Shown one piece after another: positions 1 to 10,161 of a DNA stretch of 64,000 bases. Positions within the stretch are counted from its first letter, which is position 1. Each line of letters begins with the position of its first letter. A model generated the notes under the pieces. It saw only the letters and a list, made by a program, of their open reading frames with translations. It made no database searches and was not told where the DNA came from. Origin of the DNA: a virus; IMG/VR virus record IMGVR_UViG_3300012920_000023, positions 49,464-113,463 of that record; one strand, written 5' to 3'. The position numbers and the translations under genes were made by a program.

Positions 1-3000
1 CATACCACCCGTAGTGATCTTTGCGGTTGTAGTGCCGGCACTCGTTGTGTCTCCGATAGTAAGAGCATTTCCACTTACTCCGGCTTTACCTTGAATGTGC
101 AGACTACCCTGTGGATTGAGGTTAAACTCGCCGGGATCTTCATCCCATGAAATGATCGCATTTGTGTCTGTACCACGCTCCACAGTTAGCAGAGTTGCGT
201 CGGCATTATCACCGGCGTTCGTATCATTTGAGTTGAACACGATACCGCCACAAGTATCATCTAGGTTAAGAGTGTCGCCTAAAGTTGTAACGCCGGTTAC
301 GGCAAGTGTGCTCGTGACTGCGAGAGTACCTGCGATGGCAGTGTTGCCACTTGAAGCGGTGACATTGAACTTGTTCGCTCCAACAATAAAGTTTCCGGTA
401 GACTTAAGTGCATTAGACAACGCCCAATGGCCATTAGTCTCGTCCCACTTGATGCTTGCGTTAGTCTCATCGCCACGCTCTACCTCAATGATTGCGTCTC
501 GCTCTTGGCTTGTGCCTACATCACTGTTGAGCACAAGCATTGCACTCTGAGAGGCATTACTTAAGTCGCTCGCTTGAATGTTAAGACGGCCTGCCTGCGT
601 AGTCGCACCTGTGGAAGAAACGACAGTGTACTTAGTTGATCCAACAGCACCTACAGTGAGATTCCCGGTTGAGTTAAGTGCATGACTGAAATCAAACACA
701 CCGGGATTAGTGTCCCACTTAATGGTTTTATAAGCCGGGCCTGCACCGCCGTCATTGACACGGATAAGTGTTGCGTCTCCGGCACTTCCATTTGAAGCGA
801 TATCAGAACGGAAGGTGATACCGTCGGATATGCCGTCCTTGATGTTCAACGCATCTGCAAACGTTGTTGCTCCTGCAATCGAGACAACGCCTGCTGTGCT
901 GACGGTAAACTTGTCGGTGTTGACAGCAAATGTGCCGTTAGTTGCGATGTTACCGCTAGTGTGTGCGACTGTGAAAGCACCACTGCTCACATTGATTCCA
1001 CCGTTAGGACTGAGTAGTCCGGAGAAAGACCCGACTCCAAAACTGCTTGTGGATGTAGATGATGCTGTGAAACCGCCCGATGAACCTGTGCAGGTCATAG
1101 AGTCGGCCTTTAACTCATTCCCTCCGAAACTCGTCTCACCACTTGCCGAGGTAATCTGTCCGCTTGCGAATGTTAGGTTGGCGATCTTTGACGATGCCGG
1201 TAATTCGGTAATCTCATGGAACTGAATCTTGTGTGCACTCGTCGTTGTCACAAAAGTGGCGAACCCGTCGGTGTCTGCGGAGGTTCCAATCGTTAAGGCA
1301 GAGGGCTTGTTGGCATCTAGGAGAATGTTGAGGTTTGACCCATCATCACTCTTCAAAATGTCTGCGGAGAGTGAGCCTACATTAACAATGTTGAAATCAC
1401 CAACGTCTAGGTTTGCTCCGAGGGTAGTAACTCCCGTTACTGCTAGTGTACCGGCGATGGCCGTATTACCACTCGCCTGTGCGACTGTAAACTTATTCGT
1501 ACCGACTGCTGTACCGACTGAGAAGTCTGTGTTTGAGTGAAGTTTCCCACCGTTTACTGCAAACGTGCTATTGACATCATCCCAAAAAATATAGCCCTCA
1601 TCGGCATTGCCCGATCCGGCTTCTACAGTGATCAATTTCACATCGAAGTCAGAACTTTTATTTTGTGCACCACGATCTGAGTTAAAGACGATTCCGAAAT
1701 CATCGTCCGGTTGGCTTTGAATGAACAGGGTGTCTTTTACGGTCAACTCTGCGTTTACAAACCCGTTCCTTGTGATGATCAAGTCTTGGCCTACAGTTAC
1801 ATCGGTTGAAACTGAGAGGTTGTGGCTAAACGCCCAAGTTGTCTCATCATGTTGCCAAGTAATCGTTGAATAAGTATCGCCCATGTCAACGGCAATCACT
1901 GCGTTCTGACCCTGCCCTGTGCCTGTATCGGCATTAAGGATGATCAACTTATCGGATTCAGTAGACTTCTTATTTATACTTAGTGTGGAGTCTGCTCCAA
2001 GCGTAGCACCGCCCGTTAGAGTTGACAGTCCGGCTACTGAGAGAGTACCGGTTCCTGTCGCACTAATGTTGCCGGAGGTGGTAAGGTTCTCGCTTCCAAA
2101 ACTAATTTGAGCACCACCGCAGACAATACTTCCATCTGAGATTGTGATGTCGCCAATGCTTGATCCGGACTTAAAACTAGATACGTCGTTTGTAGCGGTA
2201 ATCCCACCGTCTGTGTTTACCACGAAGTCATCATTTACGTTGATTCCCCCGTCTAGTGAAGCCAAGCCCGTTACGTTGACTTCTCCGGATGCGGTCAAAT
2301 CTTTAAGAGACAGGTCTGCGTCCGTTGTGTTACCGGTGGTGAAGTCGGATGCTGTGTGTGCTTCTGTGGTTAGCCCGAATCTAAATGCACTTGCGGAGTC
2401 GTCAAAGTACAAGATAGCGTCGTTCCCACTGTTACCACGCTCCATCAGAATACCGATATCGTTTGAGTTAGCACCTCCTGCCACCGAGTGGTTCAAGCGA
2501 ATAACCGGATCTTTAACCTCTAGGGTTGTTGTGTTAACCGTTGTGGCAGTTCCGCTAATCAACAGGTCGCCGGTTATTACAACCTTACTGCCTGTACCAC
2601 CAAGAGTAATGGTGTGTGGGTTATTGCTTCCGTCTTTAGTAACGGTCGCTCCGATAGAGACATTTCCGTTAGTGAAGTCTAAGCCTGTAAGCCCGGTAAA
2701 TGCAGTTTCTGTGGCTCCGAGGGCTACAGAAGTCGCCCCGATAGTCACTGTACTGTTAGTCAGTTTGGCATTTGAGATTGCACTATTATTAATAATGTCG
2801 ATTTTAGCCGATGTGATAGCACCGCTTTGAAGCGTCGCCACACCCTCGTTATTGATGTTTAAGTCGCCGGAGATGGGCTTATTTCTAAACTGATTTGCCC
2901 CGGTACTCCCGTCGGAGTCAGTATTAAAGATAAGAAAATCTGCGTCTGAGAGTGCGTCCTCAGTGCCACCGTCTACTCCTAGGGTGACGTTTGACAGTGA

Positions 3001-3327
3001 GCCGATCTCAATCGATGAAGCACCACCGGAGTCAACGTATCCTTTAGTCGCCACGTCGGAGGATTCGGCAGGTTCTTCAACACCTCTTAGCCTAACGGTC
3101 GCATTACCTGCACTATCTAGGAACGAAACAACTTGACCTGCGGAAAGGACGTTAGAACCGAGGTTGTCCAAGTCGGCTCTGAGTGTCTCACGGCCACCGT
3201 TGGTTGTGCCGTCATGGACACGGATAGAACTGTTCGTAGTGTCTACCGTGATTTCACCGATAGCCCCTGCAAAGGCATCATTTTGCGTGTGTGTACCACG
3301 CCTTAGTTTTACTCGTCTTACTGACAT
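1..3327 (-). CDS. Large tail fibre / receptor-binding protein with Mtd_N-like N-terminus (3' end outside window)
   Basis: Not in ORF track. AGGAG RBS then ATG at 3327: MSVRRVKLRRGTHTQNDAFAGAIGEITVDTTNSSIRVHDGTTNGG, the typical Mtd_N-type motif. Same frame open at window start; Gly/Thr/Ser/Asn rich with internal repeats. Confidence 0.8.
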   Translation of the reverse strand, partial: MSVRRVKLRRGTHTQNDAFAGAIGEITVDTTNSSIRVHDGTTNGGRETLRADLDNLGSNVLSAGQVVSFLDSAGNATVRLRGVEEPAESSDVATKGYVDSGGASSIEIGSLSNVTLGVDGGTEDALSDADFLIFNTDSDGSTGANQFRNKPISGDLNINNEGVATLQSGAITSAKIDIINNSAISNAKLTNSTVTIGATSVALGATETAFTGLTGLDFTNGNVSIGATVTKDGSNNPHTITLGGTGSKVVITGDLLISGTATTVNTTTLEVKDPVIRLNHSVAGGANSNDIGILMERGNSGNDAILYFDDSASAFRFGLTTEAHTASDFTTGNTTDADLSLKDLTASGEVNVTGLASLDGGINVNDDFVVNTDGGITATNDVSSFKSGSSIGDITISDGSIVCGGAQISFGSENLTTSGNISATGTGTLSVAGLSTLTGGATLGADSTLSINKKSTESDKLIILNADTGTGQGQNAVIAVDMGDTYSTITWQHDETTWAFSHNLSVSTDVTVGQDLIITRNGFVNAELTVKDTLFIQSQPDDDFGIVFNSDRGAQNKSSDFDVKLITVEAGSGNADEGYIFWDDVNSTFAVNGGKLHSNTDFSVGTAVGTNKFTVAQASGNTAIAGTLAVTGVTTLGANLDVGDFNIVNVGSLSADILKSDDGSNLNILLDANKPSALTIGTSADTDGFATFVTTTSAHKIQFHEITELPASSKIANLTFASGQITSASGETSFGGNELKADSMTCTGSSGGFTASSTSTSSFGVGSFSGLLSPNGGINVSSGAFTVAHTSGNIATNGTFAVNTDKFTVSTAGVVSIAGATTFADALNIKDGISDGITFRSDIASNGSAGDATLIRVNDGGAGPAYKTIKWDTNPGVFDFSHALNSTGNLTVGAVGSTKYTVVSSTGATTQAGRLNIQASDLSNASQSAMLVLNSDVGTSQERDAIIEVERGDETNASIKWDETNGHWALSNALKSTGNFIVGANKFNVTASSGNTAIAGTLAVTSTLAVTGVTTLGDTLNLDDTCGGIVFNSNDTNAGDNADATLLTVERGTDTNAIISWDEDPGEFNLNPQGSLHIQGKAGVSGNALTIGDTTSAGTTTAKITTGGM

Positions 3328-3354
3328 TTAAGTCTCCTTAAAATTAAATAGAAA

Positions 3355-5733
3355 TTAAACAACTAGGCAACCGTAGTCCTCTTCACAGTATATAAGCGTA
3401 TCTGTAATAGATCCAAAGTCTACTTCAAAATGAGTACCCTCCACAAAGGTTGTGGCCACTGAACCGTAATCTATGGTCTCTAAAACACGTCCAAATATGA
3501 TGAGATCACCGGACTCAATGGCGACTGTGCTTGATAGATAGTGGTCGCTTATAACAGGAACACTTCCGGACGTTGTTCCGGTGTCTTTTGTTGACGCAGT
3601 TCCTAGAGAGACAGGCTTATACTTATTAAGACTTGAGTCTGTAGTAAACTGTAATACCTGCCCGTTAGATGGAGCAGTTGAGTCCACGTCGGTTAGGTTT
3701 GCGGTAGAAACGCTTAGAGAGAGACTGATTTCATTAGCGGTATCATCATGGGCAAATGTAACCGAATCAACCCCTCCACTGCCATCGCTAGTGTTTCCAC
3801 TTATCAAGGCGTTAGCCACGGCATCTCTAGCCTCTTCATCGGTATAACTAGTCACATCTCCGGGTACAAACTTTGAGGTTCCGTCCCACACTAATGACTG
3901 CCCCGATGTAGGTGCAACAGAGGTGATGTCAACGTCAGAGAGTTTATCAATAGAGGGGAGTGCAGTGAGGTTGACTCCGGAAACCGCCGGTAGACCGCTT
4001 GAGACCAATTTGACCACGTTGTCTGTGTTTGTGCCGGTATCGAGTGATGCCGAAGTTCCGAGAGTTGGAAGCCCGGATAAATCACTGTAAGCGAGCGTTG
4101 CGTTTACAAAAGCAGACCCACTATACCGGAGGACTTGCCCTGCATTTGACACGCTAAGTGTTGAAAGCGTTACATCGTTTAACTCGCCGACTGACTCGTT
4201 GCCCAAATTGACCTCAGATGGAGCGTTAACCCAAGTGGCCGTTCCGTTAGAGTTGGCCTGTAGCAGTTGCCCTGCGGAGCCGTTTGAGGATGGGAGTGTC
4301 CATGCGTCGCTAATCTTCACAGCCCCGGAGTAAATCTCAAGTCCGGTTGTTTCTGTGCCATTTACGGGAACTTTAAGTTTGATTGATCCGTCTGTGCTTG
4401 AAGCGGTGGTGTCCGATGCACATGACTCAATAACACCGTATGATACTAACGTGCTCCCTCCGGAGTCCTTTCCGGTGAACTTTATCTGACCTACAACCTC
4501 GTCTGTGGAGACAGTTGCGTCTGTCTGTAGATCAAGGGTTGGCCCCGTTGTGTTTGACGCTTCTGTGCTCTTAAGCGTGAGGGTTGGCTCTGTGTTACCC
4601 TCAGAGGACATATTTAAAACTAAGCCCACTCCTGCCACGCTATCAAGCGAGATATCGGATGCTCCGAAGTATATTTTCCCTCCGGACTTCAAGTAAAGAT
4701 CTTGCCAAACTGAACTTGAAGAACCGAGTGTGTTGGTTCCTGCGTTTGGCAAAAGGTTTCCTGTCGTTAAGGCGTTTGAAGTGCTTGCTCCACGCCCGGT
4801 GACAGAGTCAAGGGTGTCTGAAAGTGCAGTTTTATCTGCCCAAGAAGTTGTGCCACTTCCATTTGTAGTTAATACCTGCCCGTCGCTTCCCGAATCTGTG
4901 GGCAGAGTCCATGTATTGCTAATTTTAACGACTGCATCCGATGACCCTACTGAATAGACAGACAGGGCAACTAGACTGCCTGCTGTACCTAGGACGTTTA
5001 GATCAATTTGACCCGATTCAAGATCTTCACCAACATCTTTTGCTTTGGCAGTTAGGCTTGCAAATGTCTTGGTTGTGCCTCCGTCATTATCTCCCTTAAA
5101 GTTTAAGATACTAACGGAGTCATTGTCGCTTAAAGTAGCAGAGTTATATATCTCAATCGTATGACCGCTAATTTTTATTCGGCCACTTGTATCTGTGTTT
5201 CTAAGCCCTTTATAGAAGTAGACTTCACCGTCACTAAGAGCCACATCTAAAATATTGGTGATGGTCGCACCGTTGCCGGCTTGCAGAAAGAATGAATCGT
5301 TTCTAGGGTTCGCTAGACCGCCCGAAGCGACAGAGTTTGTGTGTGCACTTACTGCACAGAAGCCTAGCCTAAATCCCTCAATGCCGGATTCGCCTATTTG
5401 AGTGTTTGATGTACCGTGATTAAACTGCACGACGCTACTTGTAGGGTCATTTCCCCGGAGGGTTAGGCGATTCCATGTAGAACCACCTGTTCTTGAGACT
5501 CTGATCTCTTGTCCGTCGATAACTGTTGCACCATCGCCTCTAGTGGCGGTGATCTTACCGGCATCTCCATCACTGACTCCGTTTGTATGAATAGAGTCTG
5601 TAACTTTGAGACCGCCCACCTCAGTTGTGGCCTTAAACGTATGTGCAGAGTTCAGAGTATTTACGTCGCCGGAGTTCAAAATGAACCGTCGGCTTTGACT
5701 GCCCTGTAACCCCTTGTCTGTATAATTCGCCAT
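3355..5733 (-). CDS. Virion structural / tail fibre-like protein
   Basis: Ser/Thr/Gly-rich; repeated WTLPxxxGxxGQVL and LxDVxxxxPxxGQVL segments; C-terminal DYGS/DFGS motifs; GGAGGAG RBS before ATG 5733. Confidence 0.7.
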   Translation of the reverse strand: MANYTDKGLQGSQSRRFILNSGDVNTLNSAHTFKATTEVGGLKVTDSIHTNGVSDGDAGKITATRGDGATVIDGQEIRVSRTGGSTWNRLTLRGNDPTSSVVQFNHGTSNTQIGESGIEGFRLGFCAVSAHTNSVASGGLANPRNDSFFLQAGNGATITNILDVALSDGEVYFYKGLRNTDTSGRIKISGHTIEIYNSATLSDNDSVSILNFKGDNDGGTTKTFASLTAKAKDVGEDLESGQIDLNVLGTAGSLVALSVYSVGSSDAVVKISNTWTLPTDSGSDGQVLTTNGSGTTSWADKTALSDTLDSVTGRGASTSNALTTGNLLPNAGTNTLGSSSSVWQDLYLKSGGKIYFGASDISLDSVAGVGLVLNMSSEGNTEPTLTLKSTEASNTTGPTLDLQTDATVSTDEVVGQIKFTGKDSGGSTLVSYGVIESCASDTTASSTDGSIKLKVPVNGTETTGLEIYSGAVKISDAWTLPSSNGSAGQLLQANSNGTATWVNAPSEVNLGNESVGELNDVTLSTLSVSNAGQVLRYSGSAFVNATLAYSDLSGLPTLGTSASLDTGTNTDNVVKLVSSGLPAVSGVNLTALPSIDKLSDVDITSVAPTSGQSLVWDGTSKFVPGDVTSYTDEEARDAVANALISGNTSDGSGGVDSVTFAHDDTANEISLSLSVSTANLTDVDSTAPSNGQVLQFTTDSSLNKYKPVSLGTASTKDTGTTSGSVPVISDHYLSSTVAIESGDLIIFGRVLETIDYGSVATTFVEGTHFEVDFGSITDTLIYCEEDYGCLVV

Positions 5734-5832
5734 GACGAACTCCTCCAAAAGACAGTTTAATGGTGTTTGGCTAAAGATTGTACCACTCGGCACATTGAAA
5801 GTTAAACCTATAAAGTTTTATTTTATTTTTAC

Positions 5833-5861
5833 TTGACTATACGAGTGTCTTAATATAGTAT
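5833..5861 (+). promoter_or_regulatory. Sigma70-type promoter
   Basis: TTGACT-17 nt-TAGTAT preceded by T-rich tract. Confidence 0.7.
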
Positions 5862-5901
5862 AACCAAAGTTGATTGAGATAAAAAATCCAAGGAGGGTTT
5901 T

Positions 5902-6699
5902 ATGAGTAAGAGAAAATCACATAACGACGAATGGTATGAAGAGTTTGAGGGCACAGAAGATACCGGATTCGATCCGGATTACTGCTACGAGTGCGACTCA
6001 TTCCGATGCGAATGTTATGAACTTCTTGACGGTGATTACAACCAAAGAGGTCGGCAACAGAACTTGTTTGATGGCCTTTTTGATAGTTATCAAAGTGATG
6101 ATTACAATCAAGATTATGGCTATGATGAAGATGATGAATATGATGAACAGCCGGATAACGACTACAGTCAAGTTGTAGAGTATCAACGCAGACCGTTGAG
6201 TCAACCTTTATGGAGTCAGAACTCATTCAGACGCTATAGCATCAAGCCTTTAAATAGAGTTGATCCTAATGAACGGGTTTTATACTTCGCATTTGGCTCA
6301 AATATGGAAAAGAGCCAAATGTTAAAGCGTTGTCCATCGGCTCAAGAGGTTGAGGGCAAGTATACACTTGATGGTTATCGATTGACTTTCTGCGGTCATT
6401 CAAACAAGTGGGGTGGTGGAGTAGCCACAATCATAAAAGAGCGTTTTGATATAGTCCTAGGTCGGTTATTTAGCCTAACTTGGAGCGATGTATATAAACT
6501 AGATGGCTTTGAGGGTCATCCATACGTTTATAAGCGTCAGTATGTCACTCTTACCGACGGTCAAAGGGCATTAACTTACATCAAGCCGGTTAAGAATAAT
6601 GAGTCTAAACCAAGCCTTTCATATTTCACAACAATCGCAAGGGGCTATCAACAAGTGGGGTATGAGTTAGATAAACTTGTTGACTCATCTAGCAAGTAA
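5902..6699 (+). CDS. Gamma-glutamylcyclotransferase (GGCT/AIG2-like) with acidic N-terminal extension
   Basis: LYFAFGSNM, GVATI, LDGFEG and PSLSYF motifs. Confidence 0.85.
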   Translation: MSKRKSHNDEWYEEFEGTEDTGFDPDYCYECDSFRCECYELLDGDYNQRGRQQNLFDGLFDSYQSDDYNQDYGYDEDDEYDEQPDNDYSQVVEYQRRPLSQPLWSQNSFRRYSIKPLNRVDPNERVLYFAFGSNMEKSQMLKRCPSAQEVEGKYTLDGYRLTFCGHSNKWGGGVATIIKERFDIVLGRLFSLTWSDVYKLDGFEGHPYVYKRQYVTLTDGQRALTYIKPVKNNESKPSLSYFTTIARGYQQVGYELDKLVDSSSK

Positions 6700-6771
6700 G
6701 ACGCATACTCTCTTCTGCTTTTAGATAAAATGCAGTCAATGTTGAAAAGCGAGAGAAAGGTCTAACTTATT

Positions 6772-7038
6772 ATGAGTGCAAGTTTCTACGAAAATGCCGA
6801 TATAACCGTATTTGGAGTACAATTTTCAAACTCCACACCTCTTCAAATAATCCAATACTTTATGGATAAATCGATTTTTAAAAAGTATAACACCATTGAA
6901 GAATATATGGTTCATCTTGAGAGGTTTATGGAAGTTCCGGAGCGAGTAGAGGGCGAATCAGATCGTGATTTTGTGGAGCGACTTTTTGATGAGTTCTACA
7001 GACTTGGCATTCTAAAGATAGACGAAGTAATACATTAA
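6772..7038 (+). CDS. Hypothetical protein
   Basis: 88 aa ORF with RBS, fills gap before nrdJ. Confidence 0.6.
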   Translation: MSASFYENADITVFGVQFSNSTPLQIIQYFMDKSIFKKYNTIEEYMVHLERFMEVPERVEGESDRDFVERLFDEFYRLGILKIDEVIH

Positions 7039-7041
7039 TCA

Positions 7042-7061
7042 GTGCACACGTGTGCACACGT
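7042..7061. repeat. Tandem GTGCACACGT x2 upstream of nrdJ
   Basis: Direct 10-bp repeat; related 12-15-mers dispersed across the window. Confidence 0.7.
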
Positions 7062-7100
7062 TTAGGGAGTTGGGCAACCACCCATCTCTCCGGAGGCTCT

Positions 7101-9188
7101 ATGATATTTTCCGGCGAAAATGAGGGGCGAAAGGTACGTTCTTTTGTCCTGCCTAGTTCATTTATTGATCAATATAAAGAAAGGCAACCCAAGTGGGGGC
7201 CATTAGGTTACATAACTTATAAGCGAACTTATGCTCGGCCTAAGCCGGATGGAAGTTCAGAAGAGTTCTATGAGACTGCTCAAAGAGTAGTTGAGGGTGT
7301 GTACAATGTCCAAAAGATACACTGTAGAAGACTCGGACTTCCTTGGGATGATCGTAAGGCTCAAAAATCTGCTCAAGAAATGTACCGCCGTATGTGGGAG
7401 TTTAAGTTCCTCCCACCGGGGCGTGGTCTATGGATGATGGGCACAGAGCAGGTTTACAAGAACGGCAGTGCAAGCCTTAATAACTGTGCGTTTGTATCAA
7501 CGAAAGACATAGCCACTGATTTTGCATCTCCGTTCACCTTTTTGATGGATATGTCTATGCTAGGAGTTGGCGTCGGGGGTGACTGTAAAGGTGCAGGATT
7601 AGTACGGATTGTTGAGCCATCCATTGATGAAGAAACTTATAAAGTAGAGGATAGCCGGGAGGGGTGGGTTGGACTTCTGAGGGTTATTTTAAACGCCTAT
7701 GTAGGAAAGGGCAGTCTCCCGGCAGAGGTTGATTACAGTGATGTCCGGCCTTACGGTACACCTATTAAGGGCTTTGGTGGTGTAGCAAGTGGCCCTAAGC
7801 CTTTGATTGAACTTACTGATAAAGTTAAAGAAGTCCTTAATACTCCCGGTGAGTTAATCACGACCTCGCAGATCGTAGACATATTCAACCTTATCGGTGT
7901 GTGTGTTGTAGCAGGCAATGTTCGGCGTACTGCCGAGATTATGTTCGGTGAGCCGGACGACGAGGTTTTCGCAAAACTAAAAGACCCATCTGAACTCAAT
8001 GAACTTTATCGCCGGCAACAAGAACTTGAGAGCGATTATACGTTTCCCGATGAAAGTGTAGAGTCTAAGATCGAAGAGGTTAAGAGACAAATCTCAAATC
8101 ACCCTCTGCGAACTCACCGGTGGGCTTCAAATAACTCAATATTTGCCGAGATAGGAATGGACTACAGCACGATAGCCGAGTCAATAAAGGCGAACGGAGA
8201 ACCGGGCTTGGTTTGGTTAGACACAATGAGAGATTGGGGCCGGCTCATTGATCATAAACCTAACGGTAAAGATTATCGTGCGATGGGTTCAAACCCATGT
8301 GCAGAGCAGACTCTTGAGTCCTTTGAGTTGTGCTGTTTAGTAGAGACATTCCCGGCTCATCATGATGATCTAGATGATTATTTAGACACATTAAAATACG
8401 CATATCTGTATGCAAAAACCGTGACCCTCATTCCGACTCATGACCCCCGGACAAACACTGTTATGAACAGGAATCGTCGTATAGGTTGCAGTCAATCGGG
8501 GATTGTACAAGCGATGAACAAGTTAGGCAGAAGAACTTATCTTAATTGGTGCAACATCGGTTACAATCGCATTAAGACTCTTGATAGGAAATACTCAGAG
8601 TGGCTAGGCATCCCGAAGTCGATTAAGACAACCTCAGTAAAGCCGTCCGGCACTGTCTCACTTCTGTGTGGTGCGACTCCGGGCATCCACTTCCCTCACA
8701 GTGAATACTATATACGTCGCATTCGTATCGCCGAGGGATCACCTTTAGTCGAAATGTGTGCTAATGCCGGTTACCCCGTTGAAACCGATGTTTATGATCA
8801 GACCGGCAAGACTATGGTTGTGTCTTTTCCTGTCAAAGAGGAGCATTACACTAAAGGGAAGAGTGAAGCCACTATATGGGAGCAGGTTGTCAATGCCGTT
8901 GACTTACAGCACTATTGGGCCGATAATCAAGTTAGTGTGACTGTTACTTTTAGCAAAGATGAGGGAAATCAGATTGTGCCGGTGTTAGAGTCATTTGAGA
9001 ACCGACTTAAGAGCATATCATTCCTACCAATATCGGAACACGGATATGCTCAAGCACCTTATGAGACAATCAGTGAGTCGGATTACAACACGCTTATAGA
9101 GAATATAAAGCCCATGTTGTTGACTATTGATGGCCATGATGTAGAAGATAAATTCTGCGACGGTGACAGTTGCGAAATAAACTTTTAA
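7101..9188 (+). CDS. nrdJ: Class II (adenosylcobalamin-dependent) ribonucleotide reductase, monomeric RTPR type
   Basis: YKRTYAR, PPGRGLW, LNNCAF, NPCAEQ, KPSGTVS and C-terminal FCDGDSC; GGAGG RBS before ATG 7101. Confidence 0.93.
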   Translation: MIFSGENEGRKVRSFVLPSSFIDQYKERQPKWGPLGYITYKRTYARPKPDGSSEEFYETAQRVVEGVYNVQKIHCRRLGLPWDDRKAQKSAQEMYRRMWEFKFLPPGRGLWMMGTEQVYKNGSASLNNCAFVSTKDIATDFASPFTFLMDMSMLGVGVGGDCKGAGLVRIVEPSIDEETYKVEDSREGWVGLLRVILNAYVGKGSLPAEVDYSDVRPYGTPIKGFGGVASGPKPLIELTDKVKEVLNTPGELITTSQIVDIFNLIGVCVVAGNVRRTAEIMFGEPDDEVFAKLKDPSELNELYRRQQELESDYTFPDESVESKIEEVKRQISNHPLRTHRWASNNSIFAEIGMDYSTIAESIKANGEPGLVWLDTMRDWGRLIDHKPNGKDYRAMGSNPCAEQTLESFELCCLVETFPAHHDDLDDYLDTLKYAYLYAKTVTLIPTHDPRTNTVMNRNRRIGCSQSGIVQAMNKLGRRTYLNWCNIGYNRIKTLDRKYSEWLGIPKSIKTTSVKPSGTVSLLCGATPGIHFPHSEYYIRRIRIAEGSPLVEMCANAGYPVETDVYDQTGKTMVVSFPVKEEHYTKGKSEATIWEQVVNAVDLQHYWADNQVSVTVTFSKDEGNQIVPVLESFENRLKSISFLPISEHGYAQAPYETISESDYNTLIENIKPMLLTIDGHDVEDKFCDGDSCEINF

Positions 9189-9200
9189 GGAGATAAAGAG

Positions 9201-9977
9201 ATGTCCCTAGATATAATGGACGCAAGAAGCGGTACTCTCAGTGGTAACTTGGCAAGTGGAGTTCAACTTGAGGACTCAATGTGCCATGATTATGTTGTTC
9301 AAGAGATGACCGGTGTCGAAGAGGACTTATTGGCCGGAAAAGGCCCGATAATGCCAAGGCTTAATCAAGTGATTCTTAACTGCACAGTTTCTATAGGAGG
9401 TGTTGCAGACAAGAAAACTTTAGCCGGCATGATACGGAAATTAACGTCAGTTGATCGTATGATTATGCTTGTGTCTATTCGGCGAGCATCGCTCGGAGAC
9501 CACTATCGGGTTAAGTATAACTGCCCATCATGCACTTCAAGTAATAATGCGAGCGTTGACCTCAGTCAACTTGAAATCACTAGAGCGAGAAGTGAATCCG
9601 AAACACATGAAGCCCAATTAAGTAGCGGTTGTGTTATCGAATGGCATACTATGACCGGGCTAGACGAAGAGTGGTTGTCCACTCAAACTAAGCGTCAAGA
9701 AAAAACCGGACGGGCAGACATGTTGACCTTGGCCATTTTAACAAGAGTTGACTCGATTGACGGTGAAAAGATTGACCGCCGAAAGGATCTTAACTCTGCT
9801 CTTAAAACCGTTAAAGGGCTTAGACTTTCTGAGAGAAACGAACTCCGGAGTATATTCAAGGAAGAGGAGGGCTCTTATGATACAGAGATTGAATACGAGT
9901 GTGCCCATTGTGGACATGAGTTTAAAGCCGACCTTGATGTAGGCCAAGCAACCTTTTTTTTCCCCTCGGGAATATAG
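9201..9977 (+). CDS. Tail assembly chaperone / baseplate hub assembly protein (T4 gp26-like, two CxxC)
   Basis: Immediately before tape measure; CPSC and CAHC; ends in FFFP. Confidence 0.7.
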   Translation: MSLDIMDARSGTLSGNLASGVQLEDSMCHDYVVQEMTGVEEDLLAGKGPIMPRLNQVILNCTVSIGGVADKKTLAGMIRKLTSVDRMIMLVSIRRASLGDHYRVKYNCPSCTSSNNASVDLSQLEITRARSESETHEAQLSSGCVIEWHTMTGLDEEWLSTQTKRQEKTGRADMLTLAILTRVDSIDGEKIDRRKDLNSALKTVKGLRLSERNELRSIFKEEEGSYDTEIEYECAHCGHEFKADLDVGQATFFFPSGI

Positions 9978-10147
9978 TGGCTTATGAGTCTGAGGTTTTC
10001 TATTTATCCGAACTGTGGCATACTAGCCCTTGCGAGATAAGTAAAATCCCCTATTCCCTGCGAAAGCGACTATGTGATCAGAAAGACGACCTCGAGAGGA
10101 GGAGACAGGCACACAATAGAAGCGGAAGCACCCGGAAAGTTCGCTAA
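9954..10147 (+). CDS. -1 frameshift extension of tail assembly chaperone (G-T fusion type)
   Basis: T8 run at 9954-9961; -1 frame open to TAA 10145-10147, encoding EVFYLSELWHTSPCEISKIP. Confidence 0.7.
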
Positions 10148-10161
10148 ACGGAGAATGCCAA

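Noticed and set aside
95-2830. Plus-strand ORFs in the track
   Set aside because: Antisense shadows of the minus-strand fibre gene 1-3327; no RBS or recognisable motifs.
1-3327. Diversity-generating retroelement suggested by Mtd_N
   Set aside because: No reverse transcriptase or TR/VR pair seen; Mtd_N occurs widely without DGRs. The C-terminus is outside the window.
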